DNA from: Moniliella sp. 'wahieum'
Taxonomy: Eukaryota
Length of the DNA stretch: 64,000 nucleotides
Assembly (NCBI GenBank): GCA_003971905.1
Contig: RSEE01000031.1
Coordinates: forward strand, 372,001-436,000
Direction of reading: 5' to 3'
A program made the translations under genes and the position numbers. The notes under the pieces are model-generated. The model saw only the letters and a list, made by a program, of their open reading frames with translations. It was not told the origin of the DNA and did no database searches. This document shows, piece by piece, positions 24,680-36,266 of the stretch (the stretch's first letter is position 1; each line of letters opens with the position of its first letter).

Positions 24680-25406
24680 ATGAAGTTCGCTGCTGTTACG
24701 ACCTTGTTTGCCTTGCTGCTCACTTTGGTCCAGGCTCTGGAAGTGGACTTTTCCTTCCGCCAATGGGGGTACGTGTGCTGCGCTTCCGGCCCATATGTGA
24801 CTTTTTGCTATTCTTAGTGAGTCTCCGGACAAAGGCCTCTAACCCTTTTATTGCATTCTTTCCGGGAATTGGGTAGGGTGGGTGCCTGCCAACACAACAA
24901 TACGCTCAAGTGGACCTACACCGCGTCCGACCCGCCATGTTTAGTGTGGCGTGCTCAACTCGGACACCCAGCTGAATGGAAACCTGCAAGTGGCCAACAG
25001 CCTCAACACCTCCACCGGCCAAGCTCTCATCGCCCTGTCTTGCATCCCACCCGGCACGTATTCTCTCCTGTTTGTCAACGCAAGCCAATACTCGCTCACC
25101 ACCCGCAAGTCTACCTCACCCCAACCCTTCACCGTCTCCCCAACGGTACTGCGCCGTCGACTGCCACCTCTGTGCCCCAAGGCAGCACGACCGGCGCATC
25201 TTCCATCTCGGCCTCGGCCACCTCGCTGTCAGTCCCTTTGTCGGCAGTGCGACCGCCAGCTCGGGCAAGCCACCTCGCGCCTCGCTCATCGTCTTCGTTT
25301 CCAGCTCCTCCACGTCGGGCGCAGAGCATGCGACAAAACCATCGCTTTTTCATGAGCACCATGTTCCTGGGTAGGACTCTCGGGAGTCATGGCGCTGTTA
25401 CAGTGA
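24680..25406 (+). CDS. secreted Ser/Thr-rich, probably GPI-anchored cell-surface protein (Kre9/Knh1-like N-terminal fold)
   Basis: Signal peptide MKFAAVTTLFALLLTLVQA; NNTLKWTYTASDP; IPPGTYSLLFVNAS; S/T-rich stalk; hydrophobic tail ..MSTMFLG..GVMALLQ* read across indels. Intron from about 24769. Confidence 0.7.
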
Positions 25407-27318
25407 TTCACATCTCCTCTTGGCCTTGTGGTGCCCCCTCAGTTTTTTCTTCTCTCAATCAGAGAGCCGATATCTTTGGCCGGGATGCCCGGCCTGTTCA
25501 GCGGTTCTCTTCCTGTTTCCATTTGCGTCCCTCTCCCTCTCCACCGTTTCCCTTTAAAACGCCTTCTTCCTCACGCACAGCATGTGATGATGACCCCCTT
25601 TGTTCACTCGACCTGCCTCCTTTTCACTGTACATATGTATACTGGAGGCATTTCCGTGAGATGACGTTTCAATTGATGTCCGAAAAAACAGACACACCCC
25701 TTCTCTTCCTTGGACCGCACGTCTTAGCTGGTTTTCCTGATGACTGTGGTCGAAAGAGCTATACCGGAAGGGCGTGTTAAGCAAAAAGGGAGTGAGCCTC
25801 AAAGGCTTTTGGGGGTCGCACAGGCATGGATCTGGCGCGCGACGGTACGTTCGAAATTGAACTTTTCGAAGGAGGAGCACACCAAACGAGAGATAATTTT
25901 GTCAATGAGAGGGGATGGATGAGGAGAGATTAGCTATGGGTGTGTGGTGATAAGTATACCCCCATTCCGTATCTCTTGTTTGCACCGTGGCTCCTATAGT
26001 GGCATGCCCTAGTTGGAGGGTGGTATAGACTTGGACTGCGCCCGCTCCCACACGGCGCCCCCACCTTATTCCAATGCAAGCGCACTTGAGTAGTACTGGC
26101 ACCCCCGGCGCTTTCCCTTGTTCAGTTGCCTAGGCTACTACTACCTCTTCGCTGGTGGTTTCTTTCGTCATCTCGTTCTCGGTCATCTATATTTCTGGTA
26201 TACTAGTTGCTGAGACAGCGCTGTCTGCTCACTGTGGTAACCGTAGTACGTCACACGTCACTCCACTCTCTCGTCCATTAAGCTTTTCGTTATACTCGCG
26301 CGAAAGCGCGACCCTTTTCTTGCTCTGCTCCCTCCAGGCTGGCAATATATATAGGTCACTAGAGATATTACGCCCCGAAGACGGAGGGATTAACCGGTTA
26401 TATTTATTGTAAAGAGATAACACGACTGCTGCTGTTCCTTGTCAAAAAGCCCCTGCTTTCTTTCATGCATGTAATATGTCCATCTTCTTTCTTGCCACCT
26501 TCCCACCCCCTCACGCAACACCTCCCCACATTTCCTCATGCCCACTCCCCCACCTTCGTCAAACAATGGCCCAACCCGGCTGACCACTCTTATCGCGCCA
26601 GAGGAGGGGGCAAACAGTAGTGCGCGCGGCCGCTTGCAGCTCGCAGCGGCCCGAGGAGGCCAACGAGAAGCTCGATTGCTGACCATGCTAGGTGCAGAAG
26701 TCCCCCCTCGTTGCGCACAACCCTCCCCGCCACGGCTAGGACCCATGGACCGTCGTCCCTGCCTTACCCGCCCACTTGTTGGACGAGCAGGAGGCGAGGA
26801 ATCCAGCCAAAACAGCTCGAGCTCGCGCGTGCATTCTCTTCTATCAAGCGCCAAGCTCTCATCTCCAGTGTCCGTCCGAATTCAGCAACTCTTCCTCATC
26901 GGCCTCGATCGCGAACCAACAGAGATTTACTCTTCCACCCGACGACGACCTGCACGTAGAGCAACCGCAACTCCTTGAGGAAAAATGGTCTTTCCTGCTC
27001 TCTCGGCAAGGACATACAAGAATGGCCACACCTCATCGATATTGCTTCTTTTCAAGCTCTTCAAGTGTTTGGCTTTGGAGCGAACGGCGGGGAGACACAC
27101 AATCAGCACGCACTATAGTCATTGATTTGTGCAACTCCAGTTTATACCCTTTTTATCCCCGTCCTGCTGGACTGAAAACGTTGCATGTCCTGGGTCATAG
27201 GTCATATTTTGCCCCGTATATCCTGTCTCCTGTGACGATTCTATCTTTCTCAATGTGGCACAACATAGCGCAAAAACAGAGGGGCAGAAGCAACAGATAG
27301 AATCGCAATGTGTAGCAA

Positions 27319-29410
27319 TCATTGGCCCTTGGGCGGCGGGATATCGGGAACCCAGCGGGCCGTGCTCATCGCCGGACGGGCATTGTATGAACGCACCAAC
27401 GCATCAATCTCCACTTCGGGCTCCGAGGGCGCACCCGACTCTCCATCATGGAAGAGAGGGAGAGCACACTACCCCTTCGCGTCCGCAACGGAGACAACGG
27501 TGCATTCTCTTCGAACCGACCACCGCCCGACCAGTCTCGACCGAGGGCAGGTGCACAGCCTCTCCCACCTCCCAATGGGACCGGCATCGAATCACTCTCG
27601 CTCGGTTCTGTGAGGCAGTCGGGGCAGAGGGAGTGTGGGTGCGGTAGTCCCGCTCCCGGGCTCAATTAGCTGCCCCAGCGTATTCTCCATGTCCTGCCGC
27701 ATCCTCGTCTAAGCGGGCGCGCGTGCCAAGAGAAATGCCCTGCATTGGCGAGAAGGGCTCTTGCTTCTCCCACACGGGAATGGCCAAGGAGCGGACAAAG
27801 TGCGCAGCTGACTGGAGCGCTTTCCGGCTGGCTCAAGAAAGAGCCGCTTGGAAGACATGCACTGCATCGGTAAACACTTCAAAGCGAACTCGCACCCGGC
27901 GCGAGGCCTTGTGCGCCAAAACGTGGCTTCGCCCGCAACACCTCGGCTTCCCCACATTGAATCAGCAGGGGCGGCAGGCCACATGAGATCGCCAAAGAGC
28001 GGACTGGCATACGGATGGGTGAGGTACCGCTCCATGTTGGCTCCCAAATAAGCAGCAACAGGGTTGAGATGGTCCCCGGGGGCCGGTTTGGGCAAGTAAT
28101 CGTATTGTGCGTTGGAATCCCACGACTCGCACGATAACGTCAAATCCACCCAGGGGGAGAAGAGCATCGCACCTGCCGGAAGCGGGTAATTGTTGTCCTC
28201 AGGTAGAGCATCATTGCCATTGCCAACCCGCCCCCCGCCGAGTCAGCACCAAGGATAATGTCCTGCGGAGGGATGCCCAGGTCGTCGACCAGACGCAAGT
28301 AGCTGCTCACCACATCGTGCAGTTGGCCTGGGAAGGGCGTTTCGGGAGCCAAACGGTAATTGACGACAAACATGCGGCAATCCACCGCCTTGCTCAAGGC
28401 GACGGTCAGCGTGCGATGAGTTTGTGCCGACATGGCAAAGTAGGCCCCGCCATGGAAGTAGAGGATGACTTGTTCATGGCGCCGGACACCCTCCTTAGGT
28501 GCGGGGGAGGTATCGGATTCCTCCTCCTGTACTGGCCCGACTCGGAAGCGACACGAGGGGGCGAGAGAGTAGGCGAGCGCCACTCGGTTTGCAACCGTTT
28601 CCACGTCTGCTGCACCACTACCCACTCGGCAGAGAGAATGCGCTTGCCAGATTCCTTGGCGTCGGCCTGGGCGAGGAAGCCGCGCAAGCCGCGCCGCTTG
28701 ACACGAAAGGTGACGGGGGTGATCAGCCCGTCCTTGGGAACGGGATGAGGCGACCCAGCTCGATAAAGGATTGGAGCCCTTCGATGGTGGCCAGATCAGT
28801 AGCTGGAGACGGCACGCATCAAATTGGTAAACACCGTCATCTCGATCCCCCAACTTGGCCTGACTGGGCCATACAGAGCATGCTGTCCCACCGCCTTGCC
28901 CACCGTCATGCCCACCGGAAGGAGCGCACTGACATACCGCCAACTGTCCTTCAATGTCGGCTCGGGTGGTTGCCGTGTCGGCACTGGGGCTGCACCCGCG
29001 AGGTCGTGGGTACGGCTGTGGATTCAAATGGTTGTAGCAACTCATTCAGGTCCTTCGCCGGTGGGGTTTCCTCCTAGCGGTCGAGGGGTGGAAGGGGTAG
29101 GCGTAGCTGACCTGTCAATGATGGGTGCGTCCCCCCCCTCCTCGACTGGGGGGTGTATGGAGATGACGTTCCGCATCAAATCCGAAGCAGTCTGGAAAAA
29201 ATTTGGGGTAGACAGAATGGGCTTGGGCGTTTCCTCTTCGATTGAGGGCGGAGGAGAGGAGTTCGGTTCTCACTTGGAGGGGGTGGCAAAGTGGTGCTAG
29301 CTCCTCCTGCTGGAAGCAGCGTGGGACGGGATGGGGGAGAGAACTTGGCGGACATAATCGGTCGCCGTTTGCAACACATTGGGCGGAACGGAGGGGACAA
29401 AAGCCATCAT
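27319..29410 (-). CDS. HSL-family alpha/beta hydrolase (Abhydrolase_3 esterase/lipase)
   Basis: VILYFHGGAYF, VNYRLAPETPFPGQLHD, GADSAGGGL nucleophile elbow, LFSPWVDLT, HPYASPLFGDL. Confidence 0.9.
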
Positions 29411-30879
29411 GACGATTGGGTTCAAGGTGACCAGGAACATTGCCATCGGGGCCTGGTGGATTGGAAGAGGAAGAGAGCCGACGATGCTCTGGGGTAGGGG
29501 AAGAACTTCCGTCGCCATTATGCAGCCCCATATTCTGCATGGCCTTGAGGATGCCATCGAGGCGGTGTCCATCTAAACTAGTATGAGCACTCGAGGTTGG
29601 GGACGAAGGCGCGCTGGTGGTCGCTTCATGCTCTTTGCGATACGCACTCAGTGACTTGAGGTACCCCACAACTTCCATCACTGTGACGACGCTGCGGAGT
29701 TTCTGGTTCAGAGCTTGGCGCGGAACAGCTGTGGCGAGCGAAACGCCGCGATCTGCTTGGGTGTCTTGGAGATCGGGCAAGTCACGAAGCCAGGGATGCT
29801 GCAACGCTTGGTGCGCGGTCATCCGCTGGATGCAGAGTAAGGCAGTGGCGGATGAAATCTTTGGCCAAATCGCTGACGCCATGCCAATATTCCTCCTCAA
29901 ACACCACCTCCATCCTCATGATCGAACGAAACATACCCGCCTGGTCGTTCCCATAAAACGGGGTGTACCCTCCAAGGATGCAGTACGTCACCACGCCTGC
30001 GGACCAGACGTCTGTCTCGAACGCGTAACCGCCTCGCTCCCCCATCAACACCTCGGGGGAGACGTATTGGGGCGAGCCACAGGCGGTGGTGAGGATCACG
30101 TCATGAGGAAGAATCTTGGAGAGACCGAAATCGCTGATCACCAAGTTGGGTGGGCCGTCGCGCGTCTTGAGCAGCAAATTTTCAGGTTTGATGTCGCGGT
30201 GCACGATGCCATTGTCGTGGAGATAGGCAATACCCTGGAAGAGCTGGCTGGCAATGTGGCGGGCATCGAGCTCGTCGTAATGGACCTTGGAGACAATGCT
30301 GTCGAACAGCTCGCCACCGCGGCAGTAGTCGGTCACCATAAACACACCCTCGCGGGTCTCATAGAGGTCGTAGAGCTTGATGACGTGGGGGTGGTTCAAA
30401 CGCTGGAGGATGCGCATCTCGTCGTGCAACAGGATCTGGTCGCTGTTCTTGAGCGGCTTCTTGGCCACAATCTTCAGCGCCCGTTCCTCGCCCGAGGCGC
30501 GGTGTATGACGAGCTTGACGACGGCAAAGGAGCCATGTCCCAGCACCCGGTCCTGCACTTGTACGCACGCACCAGCTCCGAGGGCAGGAGGGGGCTGCCA
30601 TCGGGCTCGGTGTGGCGAAACCAGGACTGGAATGCGCGCGACACGGAGTGGGCGTGGGGCATGGAGATGCAGCCTTGGAGCGAAACAAACGCGAGCGAGG
30701 GGGGGGTGGGATTGGAGATAGGAGGAGATGGAGGTGATGGTGGTGACGGGGTGGTGGTGATGGGGGGGCGGGATGGATGGGCCATCGGCCTCAGTTGGGT
30801 TAGGACCCCTGCCCAGCCGCCGCCCAACCGACGCAGCCTCCAGGGCTGCGGCCGCCGTAGTAGCGCCATGGCGCGCCAT
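29411..30879 (-). CDS. Ca2+/calmodulin-dependent (CaMK1/Cmk-like) protein kinase; 3' end unresolved, runs into the hydrolase
   Basis: LGHGSFAVVK, ALKIV, GGELFDSI, IVHRDIKPENLL, SDFGLSK, TTACGSPQYVSPE, DVWSAGV, GYTPF, SDLAKDFI, RMTAHQALQHPW, followed by a putative regulatory helix KLRSVVTVMEVVGYLKSL. Confidence 0.88.
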
Positions 30880-31257
30880 TCAGTTTGTGTATCACTTTCA
30901 CGCGTCGCCCGCGGTGCCTTGTTTCAGTCCCCACTACAGCCAATTCCAACATCGCATCACGGCCGACTCTGTTGGGGTAGTAGTATGGGGTCCTATTTGA
31001 TATCGACACACATCGCAGCCCACTTCCACCCGAATAGCAGGGTCTGCCAGTCCTCATCTATCTTTACCACATCGTCGTACTTAATGGAGTTACAAGCAGA
31101 TCGATGATGGTCGCCCACAGCAAAGTGCACGCACAAGCAAAGGCGGGGGAGGCAATTAATACTATCAAACAAAGAAAATCCACCGCGCACGTGTGCACTT
31201 GGGGCCGTTGTGTGTGCAGCGCCCCCTAATAGGCGGAAAATCTCGATCCTCGCCACA

Positions 31258-33116
31258 TCAGTCCAGAGAGACCGGGACGGTCTTGGTTACCACCTCATCC
31301 GGAGACAGCTTCTCATCCTGAGAAAGTTTCTTGTCCGACTGGGAAGCGTCGTCGTACGGAACAGGCTCCTCGTCAGCCTCGATACCAATTCTTTGGGGTC
31401 ATATCCATGCTCCCTTCAGGTACGCAACGAACGCCTGATCTTCCTTCTTCATCCCGTCCTGCACTACAGGAGGGATAAACAAGAACGTGATCGCCGCGCT
31501 GAACAGCGCAAGACCTCCCGAGATGTAGAACGGGCCTGAATTGAAGAGCACTGGGTTGTACTTCGCCAAGCCACTTTGAATGTCGGGGTAAACATACGTC
31601 CCTACAAACGCACCAATCTGAACAACATTCGAACGCCCGAGTCAGCATACCAGCCTCCACCAACCCCAGCCCCAACCCCCTCATAGATGACCCGGAACGT
31701 ACCTTCCCCGTTGCGGCAGCAATACCATATGCAATGCCGCGAACGCAAGTGGGCGCCACAGCCTTGGAGGCCAGCAACCCCAAATTGTTCCCCGGGCCAA
31801 GCTCCCCCAGAGCAAGGAAACAACCTAGTACCAAAATGAAGCCGGCAATGTGGTTTTGGAGGTAAGTGTAACCACCGGCAAGTCCAAACGCAAATGCAGA
31901 TTGCATGAGCAAACCGATGATCGTGCAGTACTTGGGTCCCACCCGTTCCACTACTACCAAGGCACCCAGCAGAGTACCAGGTAGGTAAAACACATTGATC
32001 AGCGTGGTCCACCCCAGTACTTCGTACAAGTTTTGTTTCCCATCGGGGCCGGACTTGACAACCGAGAGCAAAATCTGGCTAATACAAGCTGGTAGGGTAG
32101 GTGACCCAATCGTAGCACCACCACGCTAGACACAGTGCGGAAAAACGCACCCGTAGCGCTTGATGATCAGCCACCAGGGAAGCTTAGACCACTTGATGTG
32201 GTACTTGGTGTACGATTCCGTCTCTTTCATTTGAAAGCGGAAGAGAAGCACGGTCAATGGTGGCACTGCGCCGAGGCCGAGCGAAACACGCCACACGGTC
32301 GTCAACTTTCCGGGTGAAGTGCCGCCGACAATCCAAAGTATGATGAGCGGAACAAAAGCAGCCACGACAAATCCAAAGTCGATCGCACAGTTGGTCGCCA
32401 GCGAAAAGTACATTTGTTGGCGCTTCTTGTTGATGCCTTCGTGCTCGGTATTCTCGGACGCAGCAACCGATCCCGCAGGGTATTCGGCTCCAATGCCAAT
32501 CCCAATCAGGAAGCGGTAGGCAATCAGTGCCGCAAACAGCCCGCCAAGAGCATGGTTGCCGGTATGTGGGTCGCCCCCGGCACCCCAGGCGCCAGCGGAC
32601 AGATAGAAAGTAGGGTGAGCCAGATCGACGCAAAAAGCATGGCACCCTTGCGCCCAGTCAGGTCCACCGCCACACCAAAGATCAACATCCCGGCGACTGT
32701 ACCGGCAAAGGCAAGGGAGGAGAAGAGTTGACTAAAGTGGGCGATCCGTGGGTCGTCAGGATAGAGATACGTCTAAAGGAAGCAAGCAGGCAGTTTTAGC
32801 ATTGTCAGGGTGCCTGCCACCAAAGAGTAGATCATACGCACCTTGAGGATCGTGTTGGTAGCCCCGGATACTGCATTGACATACCTGTGAGAAGAGATTC
32901 GTTAGTCGTTTTCAGCGAAAATACACAGGGTGTCAGGAGGACCACTACCTACCCATCAAAACAGGGCGCTACCACTGGCGAAGACTGCGCCAGATGACCG
33001 ACCTTGAACATGCGCTTGTAAAGCGGGGCGCGGGGGCCACAGGCGTGGCCTGGGTGCCAGGGTCATCCCTGTTACCCCATGGACTGTTGGGTCCCTGAGA
33101 GCTGGGCGACCGACAT
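31258..33116 (-). CDS. GIT1: MFS glycerophosphodiester (glycerophosphoinositol/-choline) permease, Git1-like
   Basis: YRFLIGIGIGAEYPAGSVAASE, ATNCAIDFGFVVAAFVP, VWRVSLGLGAVPPL, FYLPGTLLGA, GELGPGNNLGLLASK...PTCVRGIAYGIAAATGK; several introns. Confidence 0.82.
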
Positions 33117-36100
33117 GAGGGAATGTGTGGTGGCGGTGGTGAGAAAGAAGTCGCGTGGAGGGAGCAGCATCACTCTTTTTAACGCCACGTCTATACCTCT
33201 CCTCTGCCGCCTTAGCTCAGTGGTAGCAGGGTTACGCTCGCGAACGCGCTTAAGCAGTAAAAGCGCTCTATGATCTCTGATCTAAAGCCAAGCTTCAGGT
33301 CTCCCAGTCACACATCAGGCTTCAGGCATAATGCATAATAAAACTGGTGGTCCGGTAGGCAGAACGGTGGCCTAGTGCGGGCAGCGGGGAGGCAGCGCCT
33401 GTGTTTCGCGCGAGTCGCGCTGTGTTGCCATCCCCTAAGTATCGCTGGTAGCGGGCCCGGCATCCACACCCGCTAGCACCGCCGAGGCCTGGTGTCGGGC
33501 CGTACCTGCCGTACCCAGAGCGTGAGCTCGCACGCCACAAGGACAATGACCAGTACCAGGGTCCATCTCGGTCTTCCAAGCGTGCTGCGAAGGATGCGTG
33601 ACGCGTGATGCCCCTGAAAGCAGACCGCAGGAACCCCAGCAGGAAGGAACAACAGCGCCCGCCCTGCTGGGGCGGCTGTGTGTACTGAGTGACGTAGTGC
33701 AGCTGATAGCGATAATCGAATAATCGATCATCGGAGCGAGTGAGAGGCCTGCGAGGGCCGCCTGTGCCCGCATGCTCACTCGCTCTCACATCTCCGATCT
33801 CACATTTTGGCCGGCGATCGATGATCAATGATCGATGATCGGTGGCCAAATCACGCCCATCGATGACTGATAGTTGATCATCGATCAGTGCGTGCATGCG
33901 GGTGATGCAGCACGCGGACGAGACAAGCAGCAGGCCTCTCTGGCGGCCGCTGCGAACCACCGTTTTGGCCTGGTGTGCCCTGTTGTGCCGCGTTGCCGCC
34001 GGACGTGTGACGGGTGAATGTGGTATGTGACGCGGCGTTTGCAATTGTTCCGCGTTTGTACGTTGGACTCATCGTACTCATTGATCATCCATCCCTTCCA
34101 TCCCCTCCGCCCCCGGCCGCCCGCCCCTAGCACTGTCCTGTTCTTATCAGTGTCACCACCAGGAACAACTCTGGCACAGCCCGCAAGGCCGCAAGTCACC
34201 GCCTCTGCCTAATAAGAGCTCTGCTGTGCGCCAAACGAACCCTAGGCCCTACTAGAAACGCTAAGCGCTAAGCGCTAAGCACTAACCGGCAGCCGCCAAC
34301 CCCTGCTGTCCCGCGTTGCCGCCTTGTTGCCGCCCTTGCGCCGGAAAGGTACGTACGCGGTCCTAGCACAGGGGCAGTCGTGTGCTCGCGACTTCAATCT
34401 GGTTCTAATCGATAATCATTTTGTCTTCATGATGTCAGTCATCAAGTCATTAAGCAATCTAAGGTTTCAGACAAAATACCCCACACTTAGGAAAAGCCCT
34501 ACGAGCACATTACCTTACCAACTGCTTGGGCACCCTGGTCGCCTCTTTTCTTCCCCCTTAGATACAGTTGAAGAAGCCCATTTGTCACACTTGCATGGAG
34601 AAGACATGATATACATGATAGAAGGGGGTTATACAGTCGTGATTCACACTGCGCAGAGATAAACACATCCCAAAAAGCAAAATCACCGCGGCACCCCACA
34701 CCCTCACAGTCTCTCAGGCCGAGGGGTCTGTGAGGGCGCGCCCCGCGCCACCTGTTTCCGGCCGGTCAAGCAGGTCAAGCATCAAGTCCCTGACATGAAA
34801 ACTGTGACGAATCCATAGATTATAAGCAAAAAAGTATGGCCAACATCCATAGTCATCTCATTTCTCGTTCTTCTAGTACCTCGTGGTCGAGAGCCAAAAT
34901 CAAAAGAATGGTCCCTCAAAGCGCGGTCGAGAATGATTTATATGTATATGGGCTTTTCCACTCTTTTTGTTCGTAGGGACAGACCACCATATGTTATCGC
35001 CCGTCTAAAGCTCTCTCCCCTGTATCCCGACGAGCATCTTGCTTTTCCGGGCTTCCCTTCCTTTTCTCGGCTTCTCTGTCTGACCGTCCCTCTCTTGCTT
35101 CTTCTTGTAAAAGCGATCATTGGATTCTCCCCGTTTCTGTCTCGACTTGGGCTCCTTTCACTTAACTCTGAAAAACTGTTACACACCGGGGGAACCACCA
35201 TCCACCAACTGCGTCTCTCTCATGCTTCTCTTCAACACGCACGACCATTATTATGCCACAATACCTGTGGAGATGCTCATGAGACTCGGAAGATTGAATA
35301 AGATCAACCTAGGTCTATACGCCACTCTCTCTGTGCCTCCAACATACAAACTTCGACAATGTCATACACTTTTCGACACATATAATGGAGAGACACTGAA
35401 GCAAACACGTTAGAGCTCTCAGATCTCACAGCCTACGATACCCAAGTTTCTTTTTAGTCAGTAGTGTGTGCACCTGCGGTGACATGTGACATGTGACATG
35501 CACTTGTGTTGTCAGAAAGATATGAGCCTTTGTTGGTGACTACAGTGACAGCAAGTGACGGCGATAAGATCGATAAGATCTAAGAGCTCTTCAGAGTATC
35601 CACTAGCCTCTGTTCCCATCACCTCTCCACTGTAACCATATCATTGACAGAGCATAAGGCTGGGTCAAAGAAGGCCGCGCCTAATCCGACCTGCTCAACC
35701 GACACGTGTTGATTTTTTGCTTGTTGGTGCCAATAAACCCGTTTGGAAGCAAGGAATGCCCAGCAGATCAGGACCCTCTGGCGCCGACCTCCCTTTCCAA
35801 ACCCGAGATAACGGGCGTGGATACGAATGGGCGTGGTAGACAATCGAGCGGTTGTGACGTCCCCTTGCACTTGACGTGCGAGTAGATGGGCGTAAACATA
35901 TGGAAATTGAGGAACTGAGTGGGAAGAGAGTGACCACATATGGCTGAACGAATTCGCAGCTCGACCTTCATATTCAATCATCTCTTCGTCTCCCCTACCC
36001 TTTTTGTCTCTCATCTACTCTAGCCTTGGCTCTGTCCTTCCGTTTACTCCCCCTTCCACTACCCAATCAGGGTGGCATCCTCTTCTCCACAACACCCGCC

Positions 36101-36266
36101 TCCCACACCACCGAAACCGGTACCCCTATATGCGGTGCAAAGGCAACAGATATACACATTGAATCGAGCCAGGCCAGTATGCCGGCCACAAGTCAACCTT
36201 CTTTCTCCACTCCTATTAGTACGTCTCCCACCGTTCTCTTCGGGTGTGCTTCCCTGTCCCCACCCC

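Noticed and set aside
25584..25740. Possible U14-like C/D snoRNA (GTGATGA ... CTTCCTTGGA ... CTGA)
   Set aside because: The 18S-complementary word is not followed by TGTCTGA and no domain A (ATTCGCAG) is seen. Too weak to call.
29617..31107. 496-aa + strand ORF, and similar long antisense ORFs over CK2, BRH2 and KIN1
   Set aside because: Antisense shadows of GC3-biased genes on the opposite strand, with no independent motifs.
34803..35430. TGTGA...TCACA as a solo LTR
   Set aside because: Flanks (AAAAC / GCCTA) do not form a target-site duplication. The alternative TGTCAG...CTGACA pair (34433-34795) also lacks one.
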